A DNA stretch of 64,000 bases. Origin: an uncultured bacterium (GTDB lineage: Bacteria; Krumholzibacteriota; Krumholzibacteriia; JACNKJ01). The notes under the pieces were generated by a model that made no database searches, was not told the origin of the DNA, and was given only the letters and a program-made list of their open reading frames with translations. The position numbers were made by a program, and so were the translations under genes. Positions 1 through 8,429 of the stretch are shown one piece after another. Every line of letters starts with the position of its first letter. Position 1 is the first letter of the stretch. Location: assembly GCA_963695095.1 (NCBI GenBank), contig CAVOFT010000001.1, positions 1,120,001 to 1,184,000 of the forward strand, given 5' to 3'.

Positions 1-95
1 CCGCGACGCCCGAGAAGCGCGACCGCCGCCGGCCCACCCGGCCCAGCCTGCGCCGCGGCCGCCGCTAGGGCGGCGCTTCCCGACACGCGATCGCG

Positions 96-124
96 TTGAC
101 AGCGCCGGAGACCCGGCGCATTGT
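96..124 (+). promoter_or_regulatory. Candidate sigma70 promoter for the protease gene
   Basis: TTGACA (96-101), 17-nt spacer, CATTGT (119-124); GGAGG at 145-149 precedes GTG/ATG at 154/157. Confidence 0.5.
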
Positions 125-156
125 CCAGCGCGGACGCAACACGGGGAGGTCAAGTG

Positions 157-1485
157 ATGGGCATGGCGCGCAGAACCCGGGCCGCACTGCGCTGGGTTCG
201 GCTCTCGTTCGTGGCGGGGGCGCTTCTCGGCAGCACATCCCCTGCCCGCAGCGATCCCCCCGATCCGGCGGTCTACAAGCCCGCCTACAAGTTTCCGATC
301 TTCGACGAGATGAAGGATGCCCGGGAGGCGAGGCAGGCCGAGCTCGACTCCCTCCAGAAGCTCGTCGATGAGCGCTACCAGGCCGAGGCCGAGCAGAAGA
401 AGGAGGAGAAGCGCAGCCTGCGTCTCGACTGGTCGCGGATCAAGAGGCCCGCGAGTCCCCAGGCCTTCCAGCAGTGCTTCCACTTCCCGCCGACCCGGCA
501 GCACGCCACCGGCACCTGCTGGTCCTTCTGCTCCACCTCCACCTTCGAGTCGGAGCTGACCCGCGCCACCGGCCGCCAGGTCAAGCTCTCGGAGATGTGG
601 CCGGTCTACTGGGAGTACGTCGAGAAGGCGCGCCGCTTCGTGCGCGAGTACGGCCACTCGGAGTTCAGCGAGGGCTCGCTGGACCTCGGCGTGCGCGAGA
701 TCTATCGCCGGTACGGCGCCGTGCCGGAGGCGTTCTACCCGGGCGTTCCCGATTCCACCGGCCGCCACGATCATACGCTGCTGCGGCGCGAGCTGCGGGC
801 CTACCTGGACTGGGTCAAGGAGCACAAGTATTGGGAGGAGGAGAAGGTGATCGCCTACGTGCGCGAGATCCTCGACTCCCATCTGGGCCCGCCGCCGGCG
901 AGCTTCGTGTTCGAGGGCGTCAGCACCACGCCGCCGCAGTTCCTCGCCGAGGTCCTGCGCCTTGATCCGGACGACTACGTCGACATCGTCTCGACGATGA
1001 AGGAGCCCTTCGGCGGCTGGGTCCTCTACGACTTCCCCGACAACTGGCGGCGCGCCAGCTTCTGTCTCAACCTGCCGCTTGCAGACTTCTACCGCGTGAT
1101 CGCGGAGGCCGTGCAGGCGGGCTACAGCGTCGCCCTCGGCGGCGACACCAGCGAGCCCGGCCACGATGGCGGCGAGGGGGCGGCGGTGATTCCGACCTGG
1201 GACATCCCGCGCGACTACATCGACCAGGCGAGCCGCGAGCTGCGCATCGACAGCGGCGCGACGGGCGACGATCACGGCATCCACGCGGTGGGCTTTCTCC
1301 AACACGCAGGCCGCGACTGGTTCCTCATCAAGGACAGCGGCTCCAGCGCGCAGCTGGGCGCCTTCCCCGGCTACTACTTCTTCGACGGCGACTACATCCG
1401 CCTGAAGATGCTCAGCGCGATGGTGCACAAGGACCGCCTCGCCGGCCTGCTGCCCGATGAAGCTCCGCCTGGGGGAGACGGCTAG
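157..1485 (+). CDS. Secreted papain-like cysteine peptidase (C1 / aminopeptidase C-like)
   Basis: N-terminal signal peptide; QHATGTCWSF (oxyanion Gln, catalytic Cys); DDHGIHAVG (His); WFLIKDSG. Start chosen from the RBS. Confidence 0.85.
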   Translation: MGMARRTRAALRWVRLSFVAGALLGSTSPARSDPPDPAVYKPAYKFPIFDEMKDAREARQAELDSLQKLVDERYQAEAEQKKEEKRSLRLDWSRIKRPASPQAFQQCFHFPPTRQHATGTCWSFCSTSTFESELTRATGRQVKLSEMWPVYWEYVEKARRFVREYGHSEFSEGSLDLGVREIYRRYGAVPEAFYPGVPDSTGRHDHTLLRRELRAYLDWVKEHKYWEEEKVIAYVREILDSHLGPPPASFVFEGVSTTPPQFLAEVLRLDPDDYVDIVSTMKEPFGGWVLYDFPDNWRRASFCLNLPLADFYRVIAEAVQAGYSVALGGDTSEPGHDGGEGAAVIPTWDIPRDYIDQASRELRIDSGATGDDHGIHAVGFLQHAGRDWFLIKDSGSSAQLGAFPGYYFFDGDYIRLKMLSAMVHKDRLAGLLPDEAPPGGDG

Positions 1486-1701
1486 GGCGGGGGAGATTGC
1501 GACGGCGGGCCGGGGCGAAGCCCTGGTCTGCGCATCCCGGCCCGCGAAGAGTCGGGGTTCCGGTGCGTGAGCCGGCGGATCCCCAAACACCGCTGTTTTC
1601 CGCACTCCTGCTGTGGTTTCATGCACAGCCGGAAACGCGCCCACCGCGGCCCGCAGCCGGCAAACCCGCTCCGCAATGGATTCCGAATCGAGAGGTAAGC
1701 G

Positions 1702-3066
1702 ATGAAAGGCCTGAGCCCACCCTGGGAGACGCTGAGCCGGCTGATCAGCGCCGACGACAGCGCCGAGTTGAAGATCTTCATCGACACCCTCGCCCCGCAG
1801 GAGACGGCCCGGGCCATCTCGCGGCTGACCGAACCGGAGCAGCAACGCCTGCTGAGCATGCTCAGCCCGGGCGACGCCGCCGACGTGATCGAGGACATCT
1901 CCGAAACCCAGGCCGCGGACCTGGTGGAGGACATGCCCCTGGCGCGGGCGGCGGCCATCATGGAGGAACTGGCCAGCGATCATCTGGTCGACGTGCTGGG
2001 CGAGATGCACAGCGGGACGAGCAAGGCGATCCTCGCCGAGATGGACCGGCAGGAAGCCGAGGAGGCGAGGAGCCTGCTGCAGCACGCGCCGGACTGCGCC
2101 GGCGGGCTCATGATCTCCGAGTACCTGTCCTACCAGGCCGACCAGACGATCCAGGACGTTCTGGACGACATGCAGGCCAACCGCCACGAGTACGCCGACT
2201 ACAACGTCCTCTACTTCTACGTCGTCGACCCCGCGGGCAAGCTGATCGGCGTGATGCGCATGCACGACCTGCTGTTCCCGGTCCGCGATACGCCGCTCGC
2301 GGAGCTGATGATCGCCTCGCCGCGGAGGGTGCCGGTGAAGGCGTCGCTCAAGGAGCTCCGGGACTTCTTCGAGGAGCACCACTGGGTCGGCGTGCCGGTG
2401 GTGGACGACGGGGACCGGCTGGTCGGCGTGGTGCTGCCGGGCGCCGTGACCGAGGCCGTCAACCGGCAGAAGACCAAGACCATCCTGCGGCTCAGCGGCA
2501 TCATCGGCGGCGAGGAGTTCCGCACGATGCCCCTGCTGTCGCGGTCCGGACGCCGCCTGTCCTGGCTGAGCCTGAACATCGTCCTGAACATCATCGCGGC
2601 CAGCGTCATCGCCCTGTACCAGGACACCCTCGCCGCGGCCATCACCCTGGCCGTGTTCCTGCCCATGGTCAGCGACATGAGCGGCTGTTCGGGCAACCAG
2701 GCCGTGGCGGTCTCCATGCGCGAACTCTCGCTCGGCCTGGTGCGGCCGGGCGAGCTGCTGTGGGTGCTGGCGAAGGAGGCCAGGGTCGGCATCATCAACG
2801 GCCTGGTGCTGGGCATGCTGCTGGGCGGGGTCGCCATCATCTGGAAGGGCAGTCCCTGGCTCGGTCTCGTCATCGGCGGCGCGCTGGCGGCCAATACCCT
2901 GGTGTCGGTCACCCTGGGCGGCATGCTGCCCCTGGTGCTCAAGCGGCTGAACCTGGACCCGGCGCTGGTCTCCAGCCCCCTGCTGACGACGGTGACGGAC
3001 ATGTGCGGCTTCTTCTTCGTGCTGAGCTTCGCCCAGGCCGTCCTGCCGCGGCTGGCTGGCCTGTAG
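1702..3066 (+). CDS. mgtE: Magnesium transporter MgtE
   Basis: N-terminal superhelical domain, two CBS domains (AGGLM, YVVD, VPVVD), TM domain with GCSGNQ, LDPALVSSP and TTVTD. Confidence 0.95.
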   Translation: MKGLSPPWETLSRLISADDSAELKIFIDTLAPQETARAISRLTEPEQQRLLSMLSPGDAADVIEDISETQAADLVEDMPLARAAAIMEELASDHLVDVLGEMHSGTSKAILAEMDRQEAEEARSLLQHAPDCAGGLMISEYLSYQADQTIQDVLDDMQANRHEYADYNVLYFYVVDPAGKLIGVMRMHDLLFPVRDTPLAELMIASPRRVPVKASLKELRDFFEEHHWVGVPVVDDGDRLVGVVLPGAVTEAVNRQKTKTILRLSGIIGGEEFRTMPLLSRSGRRLSWLSLNIVLNIIAASVIALYQDTLAAAITLAVFLPMVSDMSGCSGNQAVAVSMRELSLGLVRPGELLWVLAKEARVGIINGLVLGMLLGGVAIIWKGSPWLGLVIGGALAANTLVSVTLGGMLPLVLKRLNLDPALVSSPLLTTVTDMCGFFFVLSFAQAVLPRLAGL

Positions 3067-3097
3067 GGCGGGCGCGGCCCCGGCGCCGCTGCGAGGC

Positions 3098-4348
3098 CTA
3101 GCCCTCGCGCGGCAGGCCGGGCAGCTCCCAGGCCAGCGCATGCCGCCGCCCGCAACGCGGGCACTGCACGCTCGTGGCCGTGAGGCCCGGCGGGGCCTTG
3201 ATGACGCTGCCGCAGGGGCACTCGATGCGGGCGTAGCCCTGCTGCTTGTAGAAGAAGTCGTCGACCTCGCGCGCGCGCTCGCGGGGTGCGGCCGCCGCGT
3301 GGCGCCAGCGCTCGCCCTGGATGCGCAGGCCGGCGCCGGCGTGGGGATCCTCGAGGGCCGAGGCCGGCAGCACGCCGCCCTTGCCGGTGACCTCGCGGTA
3401 GCTGCGCTCGTAGTCCTGGAAGCCCGCGCCGCCGCCCATCGCGCGCAGGATGCGCACCCGCTCGGCGATGGGCGGATGCGTGGCGCTGGCCGCGGCGGCC
3501 GCGCGGGGCTCGGCACCCGCGGCCTGCAGGGGATTCACGATGTACATCGGCGCGTTGGCGCGGTTGGCGCCGCGCAGCACTTCCTTCGGCGCGGCGGCGA
3601 TCTTCTCCAGGGCCGAGGCCAGCCCCTCCGGGAAGCGCGTGTAGGACGCCGCCGAGGCGTCGGCCAGGTACTCCCGCTTGCGCGAGATGGCGAAGTAGAT
3701 GAGCTGCGCGATGATCGGCGCCAGGATCATCAAGGCAATGGCGATCAGCATGACGATCGCGCCGCCGCCGCCATCGCCGCTCGAGCGCCGCGAGCGGCGG
3801 CCGCCGCCGTACCAGAGGCCGCGCAGGCCGCCTTGGGACAGCATGACGATGGCACCGACCATGACCCCGGCGAAGAGCATGAGCAGGATGTCGCGGTTGC
3901 GGATGTGGCCGAGCTCGTGGGCGACCACCCCCTGCAGCTCGTCGCGATTGAGGGCCTTGAGCAGGCCGCTGGTCACGGCCACCGAGGCCGTCTCGGGCTT
4001 GCGGCCGGTGGCGAAGGCGTTGGGGGCGGCGTCGTCGATGACGTAGATGGCGGGCATCTTCGGCAGGCCCGAGGCGATCGTCATCTCCTCGACGACGTCG
4101 TAGAGGACGGGCAGGTCCGCCTTGCTCACCTTGCGCGCGCCGGACATCGCCAGGTAGATGCTGTCGCCCTGGAACCAGGCCACCAGGGTCAGGATCAGCC
4201 AGACGATCGCCGCCAGGCCGAGGCCGAAGGCGCCGCCGCCCTCCACCTGCGACTCGCCGATGGCCCAGCCGAGCGCGCCGAGCAGGGCCGCCATGAAGAC
4301 GACGAGGAAGGCGCTCCGGCGCCGGTTGGCTGCGATCTGTTCCCACAT
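3098..4348 (-). CDS. htpX: M48 zinc metalloprotease HtpX with C-terminal zinc-ribbon extension
   Basis: PNAFATG, HELGH, SRKREYLAD, THPPIAER; C-terminal CPCG...CPRC; downstream of lemA. Confidence 0.9.
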   Translation of the reverse strand: MWEQIAANRRRSAFLVVFMAALLGALGWAIGESQVEGGGAFGLGLAAIVWLILTLVAWFQGDSIYLAMSGARKVSKADLPVLYDVVEEMTIASGLPKMPAIYVIDDAAPNAFATGRKPETASVAVTSGLLKALNRDELQGVVAHELGHIRNRDILLMLFAGVMVGAIVMLSQGGLRGLWYGGGRRSRRSSGDGGGGAIVMLIAIALMILAPIIAQLIYFAISRKREYLADASAASYTRFPEGLASALEKIAAAPKEVLRGANRANAPMYIVNPLQAAGAEPRAAAAASATHPPIAERVRILRAMGGGAGFQDYERSYREVTGKGGVLPASALEDPHAGAGLRIQGERWRHAAAAPRERAREVDDFFYKQQGYARIECPCGSVIKAPPGLTATSVQCPRCGRRHALAWELPGLPREG

Positions 4349-4367
4349 GGCCTGGACCGCGACTTTC

Positions 4368-4928
4368 CTAGAACTGCACCTTGGGCGCTTCGCGCTGGAT
4401 CTCGTCCTTCAGCTCGAAGAAGTCGCCGGCCTTGAAGTTGAACATGCCCGCGATGATGCTGCCCGGGAACATCTGGACGCGGTTGTTCAGCTGCATGACC
4501 GCCTGATTGTAGAACTGCCGCGCGAAGCCGATCTTGTTCTCGGTGCTGGTCAGCTCTTCCTGCAGGGCCAGGAAGTTGGTGCTGGCCTTGAGGTCGGGGT
4601 AGCTCTCGGCCACGGCGAAGAGCCGGCCGAGGGCCGCGGTGAGGCCGCCCTCCGCCTGGGCGCGGGCGTCGAGATTGCCGGCGCCGGCGCCGGCCACCGC
4701 GGCCCGCGCCTGCGTGACCGCCTCCAGCGTCTCCCGCTCGTGCTGCATGTAGCCCTTCACTGTCTCGATCAGGTTCGGAATCAGGTCGAAGCGGCGCTTG
4801 AGCTGCACGTCCACCTGGGCCCAGGCCTCCTTCACCTGGTTGCGCAGGCCGACGAGCGAATTGTAGATGGAGATCACCGTGCCCACGAGGAGCACGAGCA
4901 GTCCCAGGATGATCAAGAAGGGTAGCAT
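4368..4928 (-). CDS. lemA: LemA family protein
   Basis: N-terminal TM helix, YNSLV, VQLKRRFDLIPNL, ESYPDLKAS, LQEEL..TENKI, ARQFYN. Confidence 0.95.
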   Translation of the reverse strand: MLPFLIILGLLVLLVGTVISIYNSLVGLRNQVKEAWAQVDVQLKRRFDLIPNLIETVKGYMQHERETLEAVTQARAAVAGAGAGNLDARAQAEGGLTAALGRLFAVAESYPDLKASTNFLALQEELTSTENKIGFARQFYNQAVMQLNNRVQMFPGSIIAGMFNFKAGDFFELKDEIQREAPKVQF

Positions 4929-5365
4929 CAGCGGTCCTCCGTTGTGGTTGCCGCGTCGTCGCGGCGGATCACCTCGCCCAGGTAGCTCAGCGCGCGGGAA
5001 GGCAGGTCCTGGCCTTCGCGCTTCAGATCCTCGGCCAGGGCCGCCACCTCACCCTTGTCGAACCAGAGGCCGTGGCCGGCCGGGCAAACGTCGACCAGTA
5101 CCCGCTCGCCCGGCCCGATATTCGCCTTGCGCATCCTGTGGCGGCAGGCCGGGCAGCGGCGGCCCTTCTCGCGGGTCGTGGCGGCGGGCAGCGCGGCGAC
5201 CGCGGCGGCGCGCAGCTGGCTGCCGACGGCGCCGGTCGCTTCGTCGAGGAGCAGGGCCAGCTCATCGCGGTCGAACCAGGTGCCAGCGCAGGCGGGGCAG
5301 TGGTCCAGTTCGATCCCGTCGTGCTCCACGACGAGCATCAGGCTGCGGCAGGCGGGGCACTTCAT
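4928..5365 (-). CDS. Double zinc-ribbon (zf-TFIIB-like) protein
   Basis: Two repeats: CPAC...DHCPACAGTWFDRDEL and CPAC...DVCPAGHGLWFDKGEV; stop overlaps the lemA start. Confidence 0.85.
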   Translation of the reverse strand: MKCPACRSLMLVVEHDGIELDHCPACAGTWFDRDELALLLDEATGAVGSQLRAAAVAALPAATTREKGRRCPACRHRMRKANIGPGERVLVDVCPAGHGLWFDKGEVAALAEDLKREGQDLPSRALSYLGEVIRRDDAATTTEDR

Positions 5366-5424
5366 GAGTGGCGGACTCCCGGTCAGGAGGCGGCAGGATC
5401 ATAGGCGCGGGTGGTCCGCCGTCG

Positions 5425-7803
5425 CTAGGGTTTCTTCTTTTTCAGCGCGTCCAGGCCCTTCTGGAGCAGGTCGCTGCCCTTCTGCTCGAGCTGCTGCCTG
5501 GCCTCGGCGCCGAGCCGGGCTTCGAGGGCCTTGGTGTCCAGCGTGATCGCCGGCGCCTGCGTGCTGCCCCTGACGAGGAAGTCCAGCTCCACCTTGCCCT
5601 TGGCGTTCTTGAGGAAGGCGAGCGTCGAGCCCTGGCCCAGGCGGGCCAGCGTGCTCGCGCCCAGCTCCCAGCGGCCCGTGAAGTCGAGCGTGCCGTCCAG
5701 GCCGGCCGAGCCGGTGGCCGTCACCCAGCCGTCCTCGAAGGGCAGGCGCAGGTCGCGGGCGAGCACGCGGTCCGCGCGCAGCTCGAAGTGGTGCTGCAGG
5801 CGGCCGATGCCGTAGCGCTCCTTGCTCGGCAGGCCGGCGAGCTGGGCGAGGCTTTTGAGGAAGGTCAGATTCACCAGCGCGCCGTCGGACAGATCGACGC
5901 CCGCCTTCGCGCCCAGTCCGCGCGGCTTCTCGCCGGGCCTGAGCACGAAGTCGAAGCTGCCTTCGCTCGTGAGGCTGCCCTCGATGCCGCGCTTGATCGG
6001 GGTCAGGGCGGCCAGGAAGGCCGGCGCCTGCACGCGCGCGACCATGAAGTCCCCCTTGCAGTCGAAGGCGCCGTCCGCGCGCGGCGACATCGCGAAGTTG
6101 CCGGTGAGGCTGCCGCCGTGCAGCATGCCCTTGACATCCGCGACGCTCAGGCCACTGGCCTCGGCCTCTACGCGACCCATGAGGCCGGTGATCGGCGCCG
6201 CCGGCGTGATCAGGCGATCGACGCGGAAGTCCACGCGACCCGGCATGGGAATGAGCACGGGCGGCGGGCCGCTCGCGCCTGCCGCGCCGCCGGCCGCAGC
6301 CCCGGGCTTCTCCTTCGCCGGCACAACGAAGTCCGCGATGTCGATCTGCGCGCTCTGCGCCGTGAGGGCGAAGCGCGGCGCCTTGGGCGCGCCCACGATG
6401 GTGCCGGTGGCGGCGATCTCCGAAGTGCCCGCGCGCAGGCGCAGGCTCTTCAGCGCCAGCGCGTCGAGCGCGCCCGCGAGCTGGATGTTCTCCAGTCGCA
6501 TGGGCTTCGCCAGTCCCTCGCCCTCCGCGGTCAGGGGCTTCAGCGCCAGGTCGATCTGGGCTGTGGGGAGATGCCCGCGCCGGACGGGAATCGAGGCCGT
6601 GCCCGTGAGGGTGCCGCCTTCCCCGCGCAGCGTGACGGGCGACCCCGTGGCGGCCTGGCTCTTGAACGTGTAGCTCTCCAGCGCGAGCGCGAGGCGCGGA
6701 ATCTCGGTGCTCGTCGGGCCGGGCACCAGGCTGATGTCCAGGCGCCCCGCGGGCAGCGTGCCCGTCAGGCTGCCGCCCGTGGGCGGCTTCATGTCGAGCG
6801 TGCCGGCCGCGAGGGCAATGCCGGTCAGCGCGAAGGCGCCCTGGCTGGCCTCGCCCAGGGCCCAGGGGCCCTCGGCGCTGGGGATCGTGAGCGCGAGTGG
6901 CGCGGGCGCTCGCTGGTCGATGGCGATGCCCTCGGCCTTCACGCGGCCGGCCAGGGCCACGCCCGGCGCCCCGTAGCTGGGTGGCGTGGCCTGGAGGGCC
7001 GCCAGCGGGGCGCGGCCCGCGCCATCCGCGCTGAGCTTCGCGACGCGGACTTGCAGGGTGTCCTGCGCGCCGCCCAGGGCGAGATCCGCCACCTCGAGCA
7101 CGCTGGAGCGGAGCGTGAGCACTCCGGCGTCCACGCCGAGATCGAGGTCCAGTTTGGCCTGCCCGCTGAGCGAGCGACCGTCGGCGAGGCGGCCGGAGAG
7201 GGCCGCGTCCTGGAGGCCGCCCTTGAGGTCCAGCTTGCCGCTGGGCTCGATCGTGGAGGCGAAGCGGCCAGTCCCGATGCGCGCCTCCAGATCGAGGCCG
7301 TCCTTGCCCTCGCGGACGAGGTGCACGCGGGCCCGCACCAGGCGCAGGTCGGGGGCGGCCACGGCCACCGCCGCGGTGGAGGCGGCCTCGCCCGCCGCGG
7401 CCTTGGCCGCGCGCGTGGCGCTGCCGGCCGGAGGCAGCAGCAGCTCGGCCGCGGGCTCCACGAAGATCAGGGTCTTGATGGCGATCTCGCGGCGCAGCAG
7501 GGGGCCCAGGGCCAGACGGGCCTCGAGGCGCGGCAGGTCGAGGCGGCGCAGGCCGTAGCCGGTGGAGTCGGCGCCCAGCTCCAGGTTCTCCAGCTCGAGC
7601 GTGAGCCCGCGCAGGCCCAGGCCCAGGCCGATGCGCCCGCAGTCCACGGGCCGGCCCAGGGCGGCCTGCGCCTTGGGCAGCACCATGGCGCGCAGCTTGG
7701 GCTCGGGGAACATGGCCTTGAGGACGAGGGGCGCCGCCACGATGAGCACGAGGACGAGGGCGGCAAGGCCGATCAGGATTCGCTTCGCGGGGGACATCGA
7801 CAT
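5425..7803 (-). CDS. AsmA family protein (beta-groove intermembrane lipid-bridge type)
   Basis: N-terminal TM anchor, ALGRPV, RLALGPLLRREI, long amphipathic beta-strand body, AsmA-like C-terminus (GSAGLDGTLD); AAGGAAGG RBS before ATG at 7803. Confidence 0.8.
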   Translation of the reverse strand: MSMSPAKRILIGLAALVLVLIVAAPLVLKAMFPEPKLRAMVLPKAQAALGRPVDCGRIGLGLGLRGLTLELENLELGADSTGYGLRRLDLPRLEARLALGPLLRREIAIKTLIFVEPAAELLLPPAGSATRAAKAAAGEAASTAAVAVAAPDLRLVRARVHLVREGKDGLDLEARIGTGRFASTIEPSGKLDLKGGLQDAALSGRLADGRSLSGQAKLDLDLGVDAGVLTLRSSVLEVADLALGGAQDTLQVRVAKLSADGAGRAPLAALQATPPSYGAPGVALAGRVKAEGIAIDQRAPAPLALTIPSAEGPWALGEASQGAFALTGIALAAGTLDMKPPTGGSLTGTLPAGRLDISLVPGPTSTEIPRLALALESYTFKSQAATGSPVTLRGEGGTLTGTASIPVRRGHLPTAQIDLALKPLTAEGEGLAKPMRLENIQLAGALDALALKSLRLRAGTSEIAATGTIVGAPKAPRFALTAQSAQIDIADFVVPAKEKPGAAAGGAAGASGPPPVLIPMPGRVDFRVDRLITPAAPITGLMGRVEAEASGLSVADVKGMLHGGSLTGNFAMSPRADGAFDCKGDFMVARVQAPAFLAALTPIKRGIEGSLTSEGSFDFVLRPGEKPRGLGAKAGVDLSDGALVNLTFLKSLAQLAGLPSKERYGIGRLQHHFELRADRVLARDLRLPFEDGWVTATGSAGLDGTLDFTGRWELGASTLARLGQGSTLAFLKNAKGKVELDFLVRGSTQAPAITLDTKALEARLGAEARQQLEQKGSDLLQKGLDALKKKKP

Positions 7804-7915
7804 GGGAGTGCCTTCCTTGCTGGGGGCAGGCCGCAGAACAGCGCGCCGGCGGGAAGGTGACGGCCCGCGGCGGCGCTTGCAAGCACAAGGATGCGGGGGT
7901 CTTCGGAACGCCACT

Positions 7916-7933
7916 AACTTCATATCGTGAAGC
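7916..7933. promoter_or_regulatory. Candidate operator, copy 1 (AACTTCATATCGTGAAGC)
   Basis: Contains the dyad CTTCA-N5-TGAAG; 15/18 identical to 7987-8004. Confidence 0.5.
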
Positions 7934-7961
7934 TAAAAGACGGGAATGGCTCAAGAACTGC

Positions 7962-7990
7962 TTGACACCTGCCGAAGCTGGGGACAAACT
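7962..7990 (+). promoter_or_regulatory. Candidate sigma70 promoter for the regulator-BMC operon
   Basis: TTGACA (7962-7967), 17-nt spacer, CAAACT (7985-7990). Confidence 0.55.
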
Positions 7991-8004
7991 TTCGATCGTG
8001 AAGC
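7987..8004. promoter_or_regulatory. Candidate operator, copy 2 (AACTTTCGATCGTGAAGC)
   Basis: Repeat of 7916-7933; overlaps the predicted -10 and start site. Confidence 0.5.
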
Positions 8005-8020
8005 ACACGGAGAGAGCGCC

Positions 8021-8365
8021 TTGCCCGACTTCGACGAGATTCTCAGCTCCGCGGCGCGGCTGGCCATCGTGGCCGCGCTGATCAGGGGGGAAGCGGTGGC
8101 CTTCACCGAGCTCAAGCAGCGCACGGGCCTGGCCGACGGGAACTTGCACGTGCAAACCCGCAAGTTGTCCGATGCCAGCTACTTGGAGATTCTCAAGGGC
8201 AGCCGGGGCGGGCGCTCCTGGACCCGCTTCCGCATCACCGAGCAGGGAGTGAGCGCCCTCAAGCTTCACGTTAGGAAGTTGCAGAACATCCTGGACCAGG
8301 AGGGGGGCGGCATCCGGCCGCTCACCGGCCCGAAGCCCAGCGACGACTCCCAGGTCTGGTCCTAG
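8021..8365 (+). CDS. Winged-helix transcriptional regulator (HTH_34, ArsR/MarR-like)
   Basis: FDEIL...RLAIVAAL...[22 protein letters not shown]...T.FRITEQG. TTG at 8021 preferred because the upstream ATG lies before the predicted promoter. Confidence 0.85.
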   Translation: MPDFDEILSSAARLAIVAALIRGEAVAFTELKQRTGLADGNLHVQTRKLSDASYLEILKGSRGGRSWTRFRITEQGVSALKLHVRKLQNILDQEGGGIRPLTGPKPSDDSQVWS

Positions 8366-8429
8366 GCCCCGCCGCCGGGCGGGGCGCTACGAACCGGGTC
8401 TCCGGACCCCAGCCCGCGAAGGCGCACGG

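Noticed and set aside
1486..1701. Mg2+ (M-box) riboswitch upstream of mgtE
   Set aside because: I could not recognise the conserved core or a terminator; an Infernal/Rfam search would settle it.
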